Below, piece after piece: positions 52,347-63,598 of a DNA stretch of 64,000 nt. How positions within the stretch are numbered: position 1 is the stretch's first letter; each line of letters begins with the position of its first letter. The DNA is from Microcoleus sp. GTDB lineage: Bacteria; Cyanobacteriota; Cyanobacteriia; Cyanobacteriales; Microcoleaceae. The position numbers and the translations under genes are program-made. Under the pieces are notes generated by a model that worked only from the letters and a program-made list of their open reading frames with translations, was not told where the DNA came from and did not search any database. The stretch is from NCBI GenBank assembly GCA_042408215.1, contig JAYFMW010000016.1, forward strand, positions 1 to 64,000. The letters run 5' to 3'.

Positions 52347-53354
52347 TTAACTGACAGTTAAAACTGCTCGGTAGCGTACTTGATTGTCGCGCACTTTCTG
52401 CATTGCTTCCTTCGCTTGGGCGATCGGGAAAACTTCCACAATCGGCTCAATCCCAAACTTTTCTGCAATTGACAGCATTTCATTAATCATAGCGCGACCG
52501 CCGATCGGCGAAGCCACAATTCGGCGACGCTTCATCAGCAGCGGAAATAACGGAATACTCAAAGGTGCGTCGGGAACTCCCACAAAAGCAAGCGTACCGT
52601 CAGAATCGAGAAAATCAATGTATGGAACCCAATCTAAAGCAGCAGGAACTGTGCTCAGCAAGATATTTAATTTGCTGCTGGGCGATGCAGGAATTTCGCC
52701 TTTTCCTACTACAATAGCTTCGTCCGCCCCCATCTTCGCAGCAAATTCTGCTTTGTCTGCGGAGGTGGTAAAAACTGTGACGCGGTTGCCCAATTTTTTA
52801 GCAAATTGCACGGCCATGTGTCCCAAACCACCGATGCCGAGAATGCCGATTTCTTGACCAGAACTCATGCCGGCATTCCGCAAACCGGCGTAAACAGTAA
52901 TTCCGCCGCACAGCAGCGGCCCTGCTGCTTTGGAATCTATGCCTTTGGGAATAGGAAAAGCAAAGCGGGAATCTACCATTAAATAGTTGGCAAAACCACC
53001 AGGCCCTGTGACAATTAATCCTTGGTTGTTATCGCAGAGATTTTCGTTGCCGCGCAAGCAATCGCGACACTGCAAACAAGATGACCTTTGCCAGCCGACA
53101 CCGACGCGATCGCCCACTTTTAAATGTGTCACTTGCGGCCCTATTTCCGCCACTTCTCCGATCACTTCGTGGCCGGGAACTAGGGGATATTTCGATTGAC
53201 CCCAATCGTTGTCAATCATGTGTAAGTCGGAGTGACAAATGCCACAAGCTAAAACTTTGATCAGGCACTCGTGTACTTTTGGCGATTCGACCTCGAAGCT
53301 GTATTCTTCAAGTATTCCGCCTTTTTTCTTAACTGCTAGTGCTTGAATTTGCAT
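52347..53354 (-). CDS. Zn-dependent alcohol/aldehyde reductase (CAD/Ahr-like)
   Basis: GICHSD, GHE, structural Zn cysteines, GIGGLG. Confidence 0.93.
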   Translation of the reverse strand: MQIQALAVKKKGGILEEYSFEVESPKVHECLIKVLACGICHSDLHMIDNDWGQSKYPLVPGHEVIGEVAEIGPQVTHLKVGDRVGVGWQRSSCLQCRDCLRGNENLCDNNQGLIVTGPGGFANYLMVDSRFAFPIPKGIDSKAAGPLLCGGITVYAGLRNAGMSSGQEIGILGIGGLGHMAVQFAKKLGNRVTVFTTSADKAEFAAKMGADEAIVVGKGEIPASPSSKLNILLSTVPAALDWVPYIDFLDSDGTLAFVGVPDAPLSIPLFPLLMKRRRIVASPIGGRAMINEMLSIAEKFGIEPIVEVFPIAQAKEAMQKVRDNQVRYRAVLTVS

Positions 53355-53609
53355 GGTTTAGTTTTATTGGTTTGTTGATTGCTACAGTGAATGTTAATTC
53401 ATTCCGGGGCGGTTTGACCATTTTCTTTAGTTACTGACAGATATTCTGGTAGCCCGCCCCTACAATTTATCTGTCAATTCCCAATTCCCTATTCCCAATT
53501 CCCTATTCCCAATTCCCTATTCCCAATTCCCTATTCCCAATTCCCTATTCCCATTCCCTATTCCCTATTCCCTATTCCCTATTCCCTATTCCCTATTCCC
53601 TATTCCCAA

Positions 53610-54409
53610 TTACCTCTGCTGCATTGCCCACTGCATCAAACCGGGGAATAAGCGATAAGCTTCCGATGCTAAAAAGGCTGGCCCGACGGTGACATTTCAG
53701 AACGCTTATTTTTAACAGCATCCCAGATAGCTTTGGCAATATCTTCTGGCTGACTTACCCAATTAGATTTCAGCATTTCGCTCATTTGCTGGCGACGCAA
53801 TTCGACTGCTGGTTCGGAGCGATCGCGAAATTGAGCTCTTTCTAAAAAATCGCTGTTAATCACACCCGGATGCACGGCGCAAACGTGAATGCCTTGAGGT
53901 GCTAATTCCAACCGCAAAGTTTCAGTTAAACCCGTTACCGCATATTTGCTAGCGCAATAAGCAGTCATTTGAGGCAAAGGCATTTTGCCGCCAATGGAAC
54001 CGACATTAACGATTGTACCAGTTTTTCTTGATAAAAAATGTGGCAAAAGTTCTTGAATTGTGTTAACGCAGCCCCAAAAATTCGTATTCATTAATTGCTG
54101 CCAATCTTCAGCGGTAGTTTGCTCGATCGGTCCACTGAGGCAGATGCCGGCATTGTTAACTAAGACATCAATATGGCCACAAGAATCTAGTGCTTTTTCA
54201 ACGAGCGATCGCACTTGTTGAACATCGCCAACATCCGCAGGGATAGCTAGCACCAAATTGCCTTCACGTTGCACGCTTTCCGCCGCTGCTGCCAATCTTT
54301 CTGGCTGGCGAGCTGTCATCACTACATCGTAACCTGAACGAGCAAATAAAAGTGCCGTTGCTTTGCCACTTCCTTGAGAAGCGCCTGCGATCAAAACTGT
54401 AGGAGCCAT
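53610..54409 (-). CDS. SDR oxidoreductase with a probable frameshift near the 3' end
   Basis: AGASQGSG, NNAG, YCASK; current stop at 53669, while a plausible tail VTVGPAFLASEAYRLFPGLMQWAMQQR continues in another frame to 53610. Confidence 0.8.
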
Positions 54410-54568
54410 AGATCCTTGTAATTTATGAGTAGTGATATCATTTCTATTTTAACTATAAGTATAAAATTAATTGGGTAAAATTTTATACTTCCAATTGCTT
54501 ATTTCCAATTGTCTATTCCCAATTACCGATGACCGATTACCAATTACCCATTACCAATTTCCCCAAAA

Positions 54569-55507
54569 ATGAATTTCCCCCAAAAAATGCCGAATTGGCT
54601 AATGGCCATCATCTTAATTATCGGTGTTTTAGCCGTCTCAACTGCCTCAATCTTAATTCGGCTGGCAAACATTTCCGCCGGCACCAGCGGCATCGGTTTC
54701 AGTTTGGTACTGGCAGCCTCTCGCCTCACTTTGTCCGCAATAATTATACTTCCCGCCTGGCCGAAACTGCTGCGGCAGACTTTGCAACCGGGAGCTTGGC
54801 TCTATGCAAGCGCTGCTGGTTTGTGCCTCGCCCTGCACTTTGCTCTCTGGATTACCTCAATTTCTTATACTTCGATCGCAGCTTCGACAGCTCTCGTCAC
54901 CACAAACCCCGTCTGGGTAGCGTTGTTATCTTGGTTCTGGAAGGGCGAAAAACTCAGCAAAGTGTCGGCAATCGGCATTGTAGTAGCGCTGCTGGGAGCA
55001 ATGACGATCGCCGCCTCTAGTGCGGGCGACACCAATGTCGGCAACAGCCAACTGCTGGGCGACTTCCTAGCCCTGGCGGGTTCCTGGGCTGTTTCGCTGT
55101 ATTTGCTCTTGGGCCGGGAAGCCCAGCGGCGGGGGTTGGGCATTGGTGGCTATATTGCGATCGCCTACACTGTCGCCGCGATCGTCCTGCTACCTCTGCC
55201 CCTCGCTTTCAACACCAGCTATACAGGCTATCTACACATTGTATATTTTTACATTTTGTTAACGGCGATCGTGCCTCAACTAATCGGCCACACAGTTTTG
55301 AACTGGACTGTGGCGCGGATCTCCCCAACTCTGGTAACTCTTGCTATCTTATTTGAACCAGTCGGCGCCAGTTGTTTAGCTTATTTGCTGTTTCGGGAAG
55401 TACCAGCGCCGACGGTACTTGCAGGTGCTGCGGTGTTGCTGTTTGGAGTTGCGATCGCCACTTTCGGCACCCAAAAATCACCCTCAAAAATCGACTCAAA
55501 AGTATAA
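54569..55507 (+). CDS. DMT/EamA-family transporter
   Basis: About 10 TM helices; ALHFALWITS, PQLIGH, LFEPVGA. Confidence 0.9.
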   Translation: MNFPQKMPNWLMAIILIIGVLAVSTASILIRLANISAGTSGIGFSLVLAASRLTLSAIIILPAWPKLLRQTLQPGAWLYASAAGLCLALHFALWITSISYTSIAASTALVTTNPVWVALLSWFWKGEKLSKVSAIGIVVALLGAMTIAASSAGDTNVGNSQLLGDFLALAGSWAVSLYLLLGREAQRRGLGIGGYIAIAYTVAAIVLLPLPLAFNTSYTGYLHIVYFYILLTAIVPQLIGHTVLNWTVARISPTLVTLAILFEPVGASCLAYLLFREVPAPTVLAGAAVLLFGVAIATFGTQKSPSKIDSKV

Positions 55508-55909
55508 AATATCAGCCTTCTGACCAAGGCCTTCTGACCAATGCCTACGATCGGCAGGATAGAACAGATTAAGGAGCGAAAACAGAAATAACTCATCTGT
55601 TAAAAATCGACTCAAAAGTATAAAATGTCAGCCTTCTGACAAATGCCTTTTGACAAATACCTTATTCCCTCTTCCTTCATCTGGATTTTAGATGTGAGAT
55701 TTAGATTTGAGATTTTAGATTCCTGGGAGTGGGAGAGATGGGGAGAGTTGGAGAGTGGTACATGGGGAGAGTGTTCGAGTAGGAGAGATCGGGAAACACA
55801 GTTAAATTCATCCCTGTATCCCTGTCCGAATCACTCTAAAAGTACCCCTTCCCTTTTCCCTCTTCCCTTTTCCCTCTTCCCTTTTCGGGTGCCTTTCGGA
55901 GAATAAATT

Positions 55910-56767
55910 ATGCTACCAGAACAACTACAGCGCATCATCGGTTACTTTCTCGAAGAAGCCACAGAACACCTGCAAACCATCCAAGAAGGTTTGCAGAATC
56001 TGCAAAACACCGTGGAAGCTCCCCAAACGCTGCACCAGCTCATCCGAGCCTCGCACTCGATTAAAAGCAGAGCCGCTATGCTCGGATTTAGCAGCATTCA
56101 GCGAATTGCTCATCGCTTCGAGGATTATTTAAAACTACTCAGAGAATGTCCGATCGCCGTTGACAGGCGGCTGCAATCGCTGTTACTGCAAATTTTTGAT
56201 ACCGAAGTCGCCCTCGTGCACAAGGTTTCCCAGAGTTTTGGACTCAACCAGGAAGACGCAAACCAAATACTGTCCCTCGCCGAACCAGTTTTTGACGAAC
56301 TCGACGCTTACTTGAGAGTGCTAATTCCCACTCGTCTGACTGTCAGGGCTACCAGCGACGAACACATTCACGTTTTCTGTGGTTACTGCTACTCCCTGAG
56401 CGGATTTTCGCGCAGCCTTGCCGAACAGCTTGGTTTGCTCGGAGGCCGCATTACCCGCCACCAACAGCAAAGCCCGGATCTTCGCCTGGCTATTGACATT
56501 TACCTGCCCCCTTACACCAGCATCGAAAGTATCCGCCTCGCCGTCGAACTCTCAGGCGCTGTCATCGGAATTGTTCAGACGCAGCGAGACTTTTCGCTGT
56601 TTTCGAGTACAGAGTATCCCTCTTACAAAAATGCGATCGAACGCCCCGCAATTTGCAACGGATGTCGCTACTACTACGGTCGGAGGGACGGCGGCTACCT
56701 GCTCAACTGCACAATACATCCCAGTGGCCCGGAAGCAGAAGAATGTCGCGATCGCGAATCAGAATAA
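55910..56767 (+). CDS. Hpt-domain protein with Cys-rich C-terminal domain
   Basis: FLEEA.EHL...RASHSIK (CheA-type Hpt); C-terminal CNGCRYY..NCTIHPSGP..EC.D. Confidence 0.75.
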   Translation: MLPEQLQRIIGYFLEEATEHLQTIQEGLQNLQNTVEAPQTLHQLIRASHSIKSRAAMLGFSSIQRIAHRFEDYLKLLRECPIAVDRRLQSLLLQIFDTEVALVHKVSQSFGLNQEDANQILSLAEPVFDELDAYLRVLIPTRLTVRATSDEHIHVFCGYCYSLSGFSRSLAEQLGLLGGRITRHQQQSPDLRLAIDIYLPPYTSIESIRLAVELSGAVIGIVQTQRDFSLFSSTEYPSYKNAIERPAICNGCRYYYGRRDGGYLLNCTIHPSGPEAEECRDRESE

Positions 56768-56871
56768 TTAGCAGAAACACCGAAGTTAGAAGGCTTGCTT
56801 TCGCAAGAAGGCATTCGTCAGAAGGCATTAGTCATTAGGCAGAATTTTTTATTCTTCCTAATGACTAATGA

Positions 56872-57261
56872 CTAATGACTAATGACTACTGACTTCTTCC
56901 TTCTAAAAACCCCTAAACCTCTTTTCAAAGCTGATACCGCAACCCCGATTAATTGCACCATGCTCGATGGATGCCCGATCGCCCAGACATTGATCGCCAG
57001 ACAAGTGATAGCCATGAATAGCAAGATGTATGTTGGAAGCATTACTACCCCAATTGCGAACCAGGTAAAAACGTGAAATATCATTGCTGTAGCGCAGAGG
57101 CTGGCAACCACCACAGACGCCCCGACTTGCCTTCGAGGTCGGTTTAGTCCTGTCAAAATCCCTGTCTGCAAAGTTGTCAGCAAGTTGGCGGGCACCAAAA
57201 ATGTGCAAATAGCAATGCAGTAGGTATGGGAAAACTCAGTAATTGTATTGAAGTCGAGCAT
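56872..57261 (-). CDS. Conserved cyanobacterial membrane protein
   Basis: EFSHTYCIAICTFLVPANL...HVFTWF.IGVVM. Confidence 0.7.
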   Translation of the reverse strand: MLDFNTITEFSHTYCIAICTFLVPANLLTTLQTGILTGLNRPRRQVGASVVVASLCATAMIFHVFTWFAIGVVMLPTYILLFMAITCLAINVWAIGHPSSMVQLIGVAVSALKRGLGVFRRKKSVVISH

Positions 57262-57756
57262 CAGTCTAATTGTCACGCCTGTTGAATATACTTAGAAAGT
57301 TTAACTTGACTTGACTTTTAGATCATGTCACTATCACCTTAACTTAATATGGAAGCAAGCAGGTCGCCCCCAAGACACATTTTCCTCCCCTTCTTCCTGC
57401 TGGCAAACTTTCACCAACTAATTTTAATTTTTGTTAAAAATATTTAAATTAGTTGGAGCATTGGCACAATTTCTGTAATAATTATGATGGGAACTTAATA
57501 AAAAAGCATAACCCAGCCCATCGAAATCTCCAAAAATCTGGTGATCTAAAGCAGCAAAACGACTGTCAGTTGATTGGCGAGTCACTCATTTTTGACTCAC
57601 TGAATCTCTTACTGATTGATGACTGGCGGGAGTGAGAGGATGTAGCCGTCATGCACCCGATCGCACAGGATTAAATTATGGAAAAGCCGATTTGAGATTG
57701 CATCGAAAATCGATCGATCCATCTCCAAATTTCACAAAGCACAAAAAATAGAAAAA

Positions 57757-60285
57757 ATGGATATGCCAATCACCATCACAGCACTCCCAGAAGTTGATTT
57801 GACCAACTGCGAGAGAGAACCTATTCACAAATCCGGTCACATTCAGCCACAGGGGGTGCTACTTGTTATACAAGAACCTCAGCTAGAAATACTGGGAATC
57901 AGCCAAAATGCCTTAGATTTATTGGGAGTCGAGCCAGAAAGCGCGATCGGTCAAGATGTGAGCTTATTATTCGATGAAGTTCTGCTCGAAAAGCTCAAAT
58001 ATTGTCTGCTGAATGAAAACTTAAAAACCGTCAATCCCATTAAATGGTCGCTAGAAAAAGCCGGCAAATCTTTAGACTTTGACTGTATACTCCATAGGTG
58101 GGAAGGAGTCTTGATTATTGAGTTAGAATTGGCAACCACAACAGAAAATCTTTCGGTTTTTAGCTTTTATCATTCAGTAAGGAACACAGTCGCCAAAATC
58201 CAAAGCGCAAACAACCTGAAAAACCTCTGTCAAATGACTGTAGAAGAAATCAGAAAACTCACAGGATTTGACAGAGTGATGGTATATCAATTCGATGCAG
58301 AAGGCAACGGAGCTGTGATTGCTGAAGACAAAGCAAAAAGTCTGATTCCTTTCTTAGGATTAAACTACCCCAGCTCAGATATTCCCAAACAAGCCAGAAA
58401 ACTTTATACCTTAAATTGGCTGAGGTTGATCCCAGATATTAACTACAAACCAGTTCCGCTGCTTCCCGGCAACAATCCTGTTACCAACGAACCTATTGAT
58501 TTGAGCTTCAGCGTTTTGAGAAGCGTTTCTCCCATGCACAGAGAATACCTGGTAAATATGGGCGTTGTAGCTTCTATGTCAATATCATTAATCAAAGATC
58601 AAAAACTGTGGGGATTGATTGCTTGCCACCACTACACCCCAAAACATCTCAACTGTGAACTGCGCGCGGCTTGCGAATTTATTGGGCAAGTAATGTCCTT
58701 AGAACTGCAATCAAAAGAAGGCAACGAAGACTCGGATTACAAACTACATTTAAAATCGATTCAAACCCAGATTTTGGAAGACATATCCACCTCAGAAAAC
58801 TTGTCAGAAGTGTTAGTTAAGTGCCAGCATAATTTGCTGGAAGCAGTCAATGCGTCTGGAGCGGCAATAGTATTTGGAGAAGCCTGCTATCAAGTAGGTA
58901 AAACACCTCATATATCAGCACTAAAAGGCTTAACTGATTGGGTGCAAAATCACATTAAAAAAGAAATATTTCATACAGATTCACTCACCAAATGCTATCC
59001 CAAATCTGAGCCATTTAAAGCTCTAGCCAGCGGCTGTTTAGCTATAGAAATATCGCCGATTCAGAAGATCTACTTTTTGTGGTTTCGCCCGGAAGTAATG
59101 AAAACCGTAACTTGGGCTGGCAACCCCAATAAACCAGTAGAAATAGACGAAAATGGCAGCGAAAAAATCAGTCCTAGAAAATCCTTCGAGTTGTGGAAAG
59201 AAACTGTTAGGTGCAAATCTTTGCCTTGGAAAAAATGCGAAATTGACGCCGCATTGGAACTGAGAAAAGCAATAATTAATATCGTGCTGCGTCAAGCAGA
59301 CAAACTTGCAAAATTAAATACAGCACTGGAAGCATCCCTCGCCAGAGAGCGCGAAAAAGCCGCCCATTTAGAAACAGCAATGTCCGAACTCAAGCGCGCG
59401 CAAACTCAACTGGTACAAAGCGAAAGAATGTCAAGTTTGGGACAGTTAGTGGCGGCGGTAGCTTATGAAGTCAACAACCCGATTAACTTTATCTACGGCA
59501 ATCTCAGCTATGCTAACGAATACAGCCAGAGATTAATTAATTTACTACATCTTTACCAGCAGCACTATCCGTCGCCACTGCAAGAAATTCAAGCAGAAAT
59601 AGAAGCAGCAGAATTAGAGTTTCTAGTTGAAGATTTGCCGAAATTGCTGGGTTCAATGAAAGTAGGCTCTAACCGCATCCGGGAGATAGTTCAGTCGCTG
59701 CGAAACTTCTCTAGAATTGACGAATCGGAGATTAAACCAGTTGACATTCACGACGGATTGGATAGCGCTTTGCTGATTTTGAGTAATCGACTCAAGCCCA
59801 AGCCCGATCGACGCGCAATTCATCTGATTAAAGAATATGCTTCCTTGCCATTAGTCGAGTGCTATGCTGTTCAGATAAACCAAGTATTTATGAACATATT
59901 GGCAAATGCAATTGATGCTGTAGAAGAGGCATTTGCTAACAAAAATTTGTCGCCGCACTGCGGCTACGAGTCAAGCCCCGTCAAGTCTGGACAAATTCGG
60001 ATTAGGAGTGAAGTTTGTGCGGGGGAAAAAAGCGTGGCAATTCACATTGCTGATAACGGTTCAGGTATGACAGAAGCACTCCGCCAGCAAATATTTGAGC
60101 CATTCTTTAGCACAAAACCTGTTGGTAAAGGTGCAGGGATAGGTTTGACTATCTGTCATGAAATTGTCGTTGAACAACATGGCGGCCAACTGACTTGCAT
60201 TTCAGCCCCCGGAGAGGGAACCGAGTTTGTAATTGAGATTCCCTTGAAGAAAACCGAGCAAAAATTGAGTGCGGCAGGGAAATGA
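57757..60285 (+). CDS. Bacteriophytochrome (PAS-GAF-PHY-HisKA-HATPase) with degenerate H-box
   Basis: DLTNCEREPIH, SDIP.QAR, LRSVSPMH, WAGNP, PRKSF; H-box reads AYEVNNP. Confidence 0.92.
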   Translation: MDMPITITALPEVDLTNCEREPIHKSGHIQPQGVLLVIQEPQLEILGISQNALDLLGVEPESAIGQDVSLLFDEVLLEKLKYCLLNENLKTVNPIKWSLEKAGKSLDFDCILHRWEGVLIIELELATTTENLSVFSFYHSVRNTVAKIQSANNLKNLCQMTVEEIRKLTGFDRVMVYQFDAEGNGAVIAEDKAKSLIPFLGLNYPSSDIPKQARKLYTLNWLRLIPDINYKPVPLLPGNNPVTNEPIDLSFSVLRSVSPMHREYLVNMGVVASMSISLIKDQKLWGLIACHHYTPKHLNCELRAACEFIGQVMSLELQSKEGNEDSDYKLHLKSIQTQILEDISTSENLSEVLVKCQHNLLEAVNASGAAIVFGEACYQVGKTPHISALKGLTDWVQNHIKKEIFHTDSLTKCYPKSEPFKALASGCLAIEISPIQKIYFLWFRPEVMKTVTWAGNPNKPVEIDENGSEKISPRKSFELWKETVRCKSLPWKKCEIDAALELRKAIINIVLRQADKLAKLNTALEASLAREREKAAHLETAMSELKRAQTQLVQSERMSSLGQLVAAVAYEVNNPINFIYGNLSYANEYSQRLINLLHLYQQHYPSPLQEIQAEIEAAELEFLVEDLPKLLGSMKVGSNRIREIVQSLRNFSRIDESEIKPVDIHDGLDSALLILSNRLKPKPDRRAIHLIKEYASLPLVECYAVQINQVFMNILANAIDAVEEAFANKNLSPHCGYESSPVKSGQIRIRSEVCAGEKSVAIHIADNGSGMTEALRQQIFEPFFSTKPVGKGAGIGLTICHEIVVEQHGGQLTCISAPGEGTEFVIEIPLKKTEQKLSAAGK

Positions 60286-60419
60286 AAAAGTTCGATCGCT
60301 CAACCCTAAGAAACATTTGCGATCGACTTGCGCGCCTAAAAAACCGGGTTTCTTAAATAGTCTCATAAATTTAACAACAGCATAGACCTCAAGAAACCCG
60401 ATCGCTGTCTAATGTTCAA

Positions 60420-61118
60420 TTAAGATTCTTCAAGGGTGGGTTTAATCAAATTATAAGCCAAAACGCCGATAATGCCACCAACGATCGGAAACACAACAAA
60501 CGCCCACAACTGCTGTATTGCCCATCCTCCTTGAAAAAGTGCCACACCGATACTTCTAGCTGGGTTAACTGAAGTGTTGGTGACAGGAATTCCGACTAAG
60601 TGAATCAACACCAACATCAAGCCTATCGGAATTCCGCCCAAACCTGGGGGATATTTGGGATGGGTAGTACCCATGATTGTAAATAACAGAAAAGCAGTCA
60701 GTACAACTTCTGTCAAAGCGGCGGCCAAAAGTCCATAACCTGTGGGAGAATGTTCTGCAAAACCGTTAGAAGCAAAACCTGAAGCCGCTGCATCAAACCC
60801 CGGTTTTCCTGATGCGATTATGTACAAAACAAGACCACCTAAAATTCCTCCTAAAATCTGACCTCCTATATAATAAGGAAGCAAAAGTGCATCGATCAGT
60901 TTGCCAACTACTAAACCTATGCTTACCGCCGGATTAATGTGACAACCGGAGATCGGGCCGATCGTATAAGCCATGACTAACAGGGACAAGCCAAAGGCGA
61001 TCGACACTCCTAAAAAGCCGATTTTGTCTCCTGCTAAAACCGCACTACCGCATCCACCTAAGACCAATACAAAGGTGCCTAGAGCTTCCGCCAATCCAAT
61101 CTTGATTTTGTTGTTCAT
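60420..61118 (-). CDS. aqpZ: Aquaporin Z
   Basis: SGCHINPA and TSVNPARS NPA motifs; GGCGSAV. Confidence 0.93.
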   Translation of the reverse strand: MNNKIKIGLAEALGTFVLVLGGCGSAVLAGDKIGFLGVSIAFGLSLLVMAYTIGPISGCHINPAVSIGLVVGKLIDALLLPYYIGGQILGGILGGLVLYIIASGKPGFDAAASGFASNGFAEHSPTGYGLLAAALTEVVLTAFLLFTIMGTTHPKYPPGLGGIPIGLMLVLIHLVGIPVTNTSVNPARSIGVALFQGGWAIQQLWAFVVFPIVGGIIGVLAYNLIKPTLEES

Positions 61119-61997
61119 ATTCACAAACCTCTGAAGTTTCAGATATGTCAACTTCGCAGCCTGAAAAATGCTATATCTCAAAAATAGAGCCACAAACTGT
61201 TTCCTGTAATCCACCAACGCTTGGGTAAACATTGATCGATCTGTAACTCAATTTTCCAGAAATGGTATTTTATAAACTGAGACTGCGAAATTTTGGATAT
61301 TAAATGATCTCATTTTACAACCTGCGGGAAAAAATGTCAATACTTAGCTAATTCTTTGTATAAATTGTTAGATCGAGTAACACTCGATATAGGTATAGCA
61401 ACCGCCAAGGCTGTTAAGGTGCTTTAGTCATTGCTCCCTTCGACTCCGCTCAGGGAGCAATGACTCTCATCGCCTTGGCGACTGCTATAGCAGCTACTTA
61501 GAATCAAAAAGAATTTTTTGAATTTCTCCCTTAATTCAGAGTCAGGGTAAACAATTAAATTCGAGGGAAAATGTTCGGCTGTTTTTGTAGCCTTGAGCCG
61601 TTAAATTTAACAGGACTTACGCAAAGCCTCTGCATATAGCGTTTTGTAGGGGCAATCCCCCCGTGGTTGCCCCCCGTCTATGGTGATGTTGCGTAAGTCC
61701 TATTTAATTAAGTATTTGTTGGGAAAACTCAAGAGTACGCTCTTCTTTTAGCTCCCCGCAGCACTTCCAGAAGTCGGGTAGTTGAGTATTCGGTTTTTTG
61801 AGGTTGGCTTACTTAGTGCTATTAAACACAGCGATTCGGGATGGCGAGCGGGAAATTGCCATCCTGACGGGTATACCTCAAACTGTTGATAGTACACAAG
61901 TTCTGAGAAATTAAAAAAAAGTTATGAGTCTTAAGTCTTGAGTAGAATAAATTTCTTCATTCACAACTCAGAACTCAAAACTCATAACTTTCTTAAA

Positions 61998-62071
61998 TGG
62001 GCTTGGAGGGATTCGAACCCCCGACCTCATGGTTCGTAGCCATGCACTCTATCCAACTAAGCTACAAGCCC
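61998..62071 (-). tRNA. tRNA-Arg(ACG)
   Basis: GGGCTTG acceptor stem, CATGG-CTACGAA-CCATG anticodon arm, GGTTCGAATC T-loop. Confidence 0.97.
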
Positions 62072-62149
62072 CTGTTGAGTTCAGATTTAATCTAAAATTG
62101 ATTAAGTTCTTTTCTCACAGAATCTAACAGTAACACCTTTACCAAAATA

Positions 62150-62671
62150 ATGCAAGACCTTTCGCCAACTTTTTCTAAATTGCCTGTTACCGGGCAACTA
62201 ACTCACCTCGACAACAGCGGTGAAGCCCAAATGGTGGACGTTTCGGCGAAAGTACCGAGTTTTCGGCAAGCTGTGGCCGCTGGCCGCGTGCGGATGCTGC
62301 CGGAGACGTTTGCGGCGATTGAAGCGGGGAATGCGCCCAAAGGCGATGTGTTGGGTACTGCTAGGCTGGCTGGAATTATGGCGGCTAAGCAGACGGCGCA
62401 TTTGATTCCGCTGTGCCATCCCCTGGCGCTGACTAGCGTGGAAGTGCAGGTGACTCCTGACGGCGAGTTGCCGGGGTATCAAATCCGGGCTACCGTGAAA
62501 ACTAAGGCGGAAACTGGGGTGGAAATGGAGGCGCTGACGGCGGTTTCGGTGGCGGCGCTGACGCTGTACGATATGGCGAAAGGTTTGTCCAAGTCGATCG
62601 AAATTGAATCGATTCGGCTGGTGAGTAAAAGCGGTGGCAAGTCGGGAGATTATGAAATCGGCGACGCATAA
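62150..62671 (+). CDS. moaC: Molybdenum cofactor biosynthesis protein MoaC
   Basis: [34 protein letters not shown]. Confidence 0.96.
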   Translation: MQDLSPTFSKLPVTGQLTHLDNSGEAQMVDVSAKVPSFRQAVAAGRVRMLPETFAAIEAGNAPKGDVLGTARLAGIMAAKQTAHLIPLCHPLALTSVEVQVTPDGELPGYQIRATVKTKAETGVEMEALTAVSVAALTLYDMAKGLSKSIEIESIRLVSKSGGKSGDYEIGDA

Positions 62672-62759
62672 ATTTCCAGCCTTCAGATGGATGCAGCATT
62701 CAAAAAGCTGCACTTAAGATTAAAATAACGGCAGAACTACTAACTTAAAGTGAAAAGCT

Positions 62760-63017
62760 ATGCCTCCTCGTTGGCCCCGCAAACCCGATCGCCAAGATCC
62801 AGAGTACCGCCGTTTAGACGATCGAATGAATTTTGCCATTCACGTCGGTCTTTTTTCGGCTTCCAATTCTGTTTTGTGGTTTGTTCACAATTTGCAAAAG
62901 GCTGATTGGCCTTGGGCAGTTTCGGTAACGGGTGGGTGGGCACTGTTAGTGTTGACCCACGCGATTTACATTTTTGCGATCGCCGATTATTCGCCCCTCA
63001 CTAAAGATTCTGGCTGA
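62760..63017 (+). CDS. 2TM-domain protein
   Basis: MPPRWPRKPDR.DP.YRRLDDRMNFA.H plus two TM helices. Confidence 0.8.
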   Translation: MPPRWPRKPDRQDPEYRRLDDRMNFAIHVGLFSASNSVLWFVHNLQKADWPWAVSVTGGWALLVLTHAIYIFAIADYSPLTKDSG

Positions 63018-63295
63018 AGGGAGTTATTAATTAATTCCGAATTACGAATTACGAATTACGAGTGGATATAGCAGTTCTCAATCTTGGTGAGGTATGCCCT
63101 GCCCTATGCCCTATGCCCTATGCCCTATATCAAGCGTGCACCGCACTGTTACTGAGAAAGGCTATAATTCGTGATTCGTAATTTTTAATTCGTAATTCAT
63201 TGAACCAAGAATCCCCGTCCGTTCACGGCGGGGTGGATGTCAACGGCGATTTGTTAACTCTTTTAACCGATCATAAATAACTGGCTTTTTTAGAT

Positions 63296-63598
63296 ATGGC
63301 TAATACTACACAGGCGATCGAATCCTTAGCCGCTGAAATCGGCGAAAATGTCTACATTGACATTGCCAAGTGGCATTTGTATCTCAGAGATGCTCACCTG
63401 CATACAGTTGTTGCCGAACAACTTTATGCGATGCTGGAAGATGGCAATTTAGATGACGATCGAGTTGGACAAGTTTTGCAAAGTATTCCAGTTAAGTTGG
63501 GCGCCGGTAAACTGGAAGTTCCGCTGTTCGATTTGATTCCGATGCAATGTCAAGTTAAATTGATGGATGTTTTGGAGGAATTTCAGCGAAATATGTGA
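63296..63598 (+). CDS. DUF3181-family protein
   Basis: LAAEIGENVYIDIAKWHLYL.DA. Confidence 0.8.
   Translation: MANTTQAIESLAAEIGENVYIDIAKWHLYLRDAHLHTVVAEQLYAMLEDGNLDDDRVGQVLQSIPVKLGAGKLEVPLFDLIPMQCQVKLMDVLEEFQRNM

Noticed and set aside
61998..62071. tRNA-anchored integrative element
   Set aside because: No integrase or duplicated tRNA 3' end was seen; the flanking genes are housekeeping
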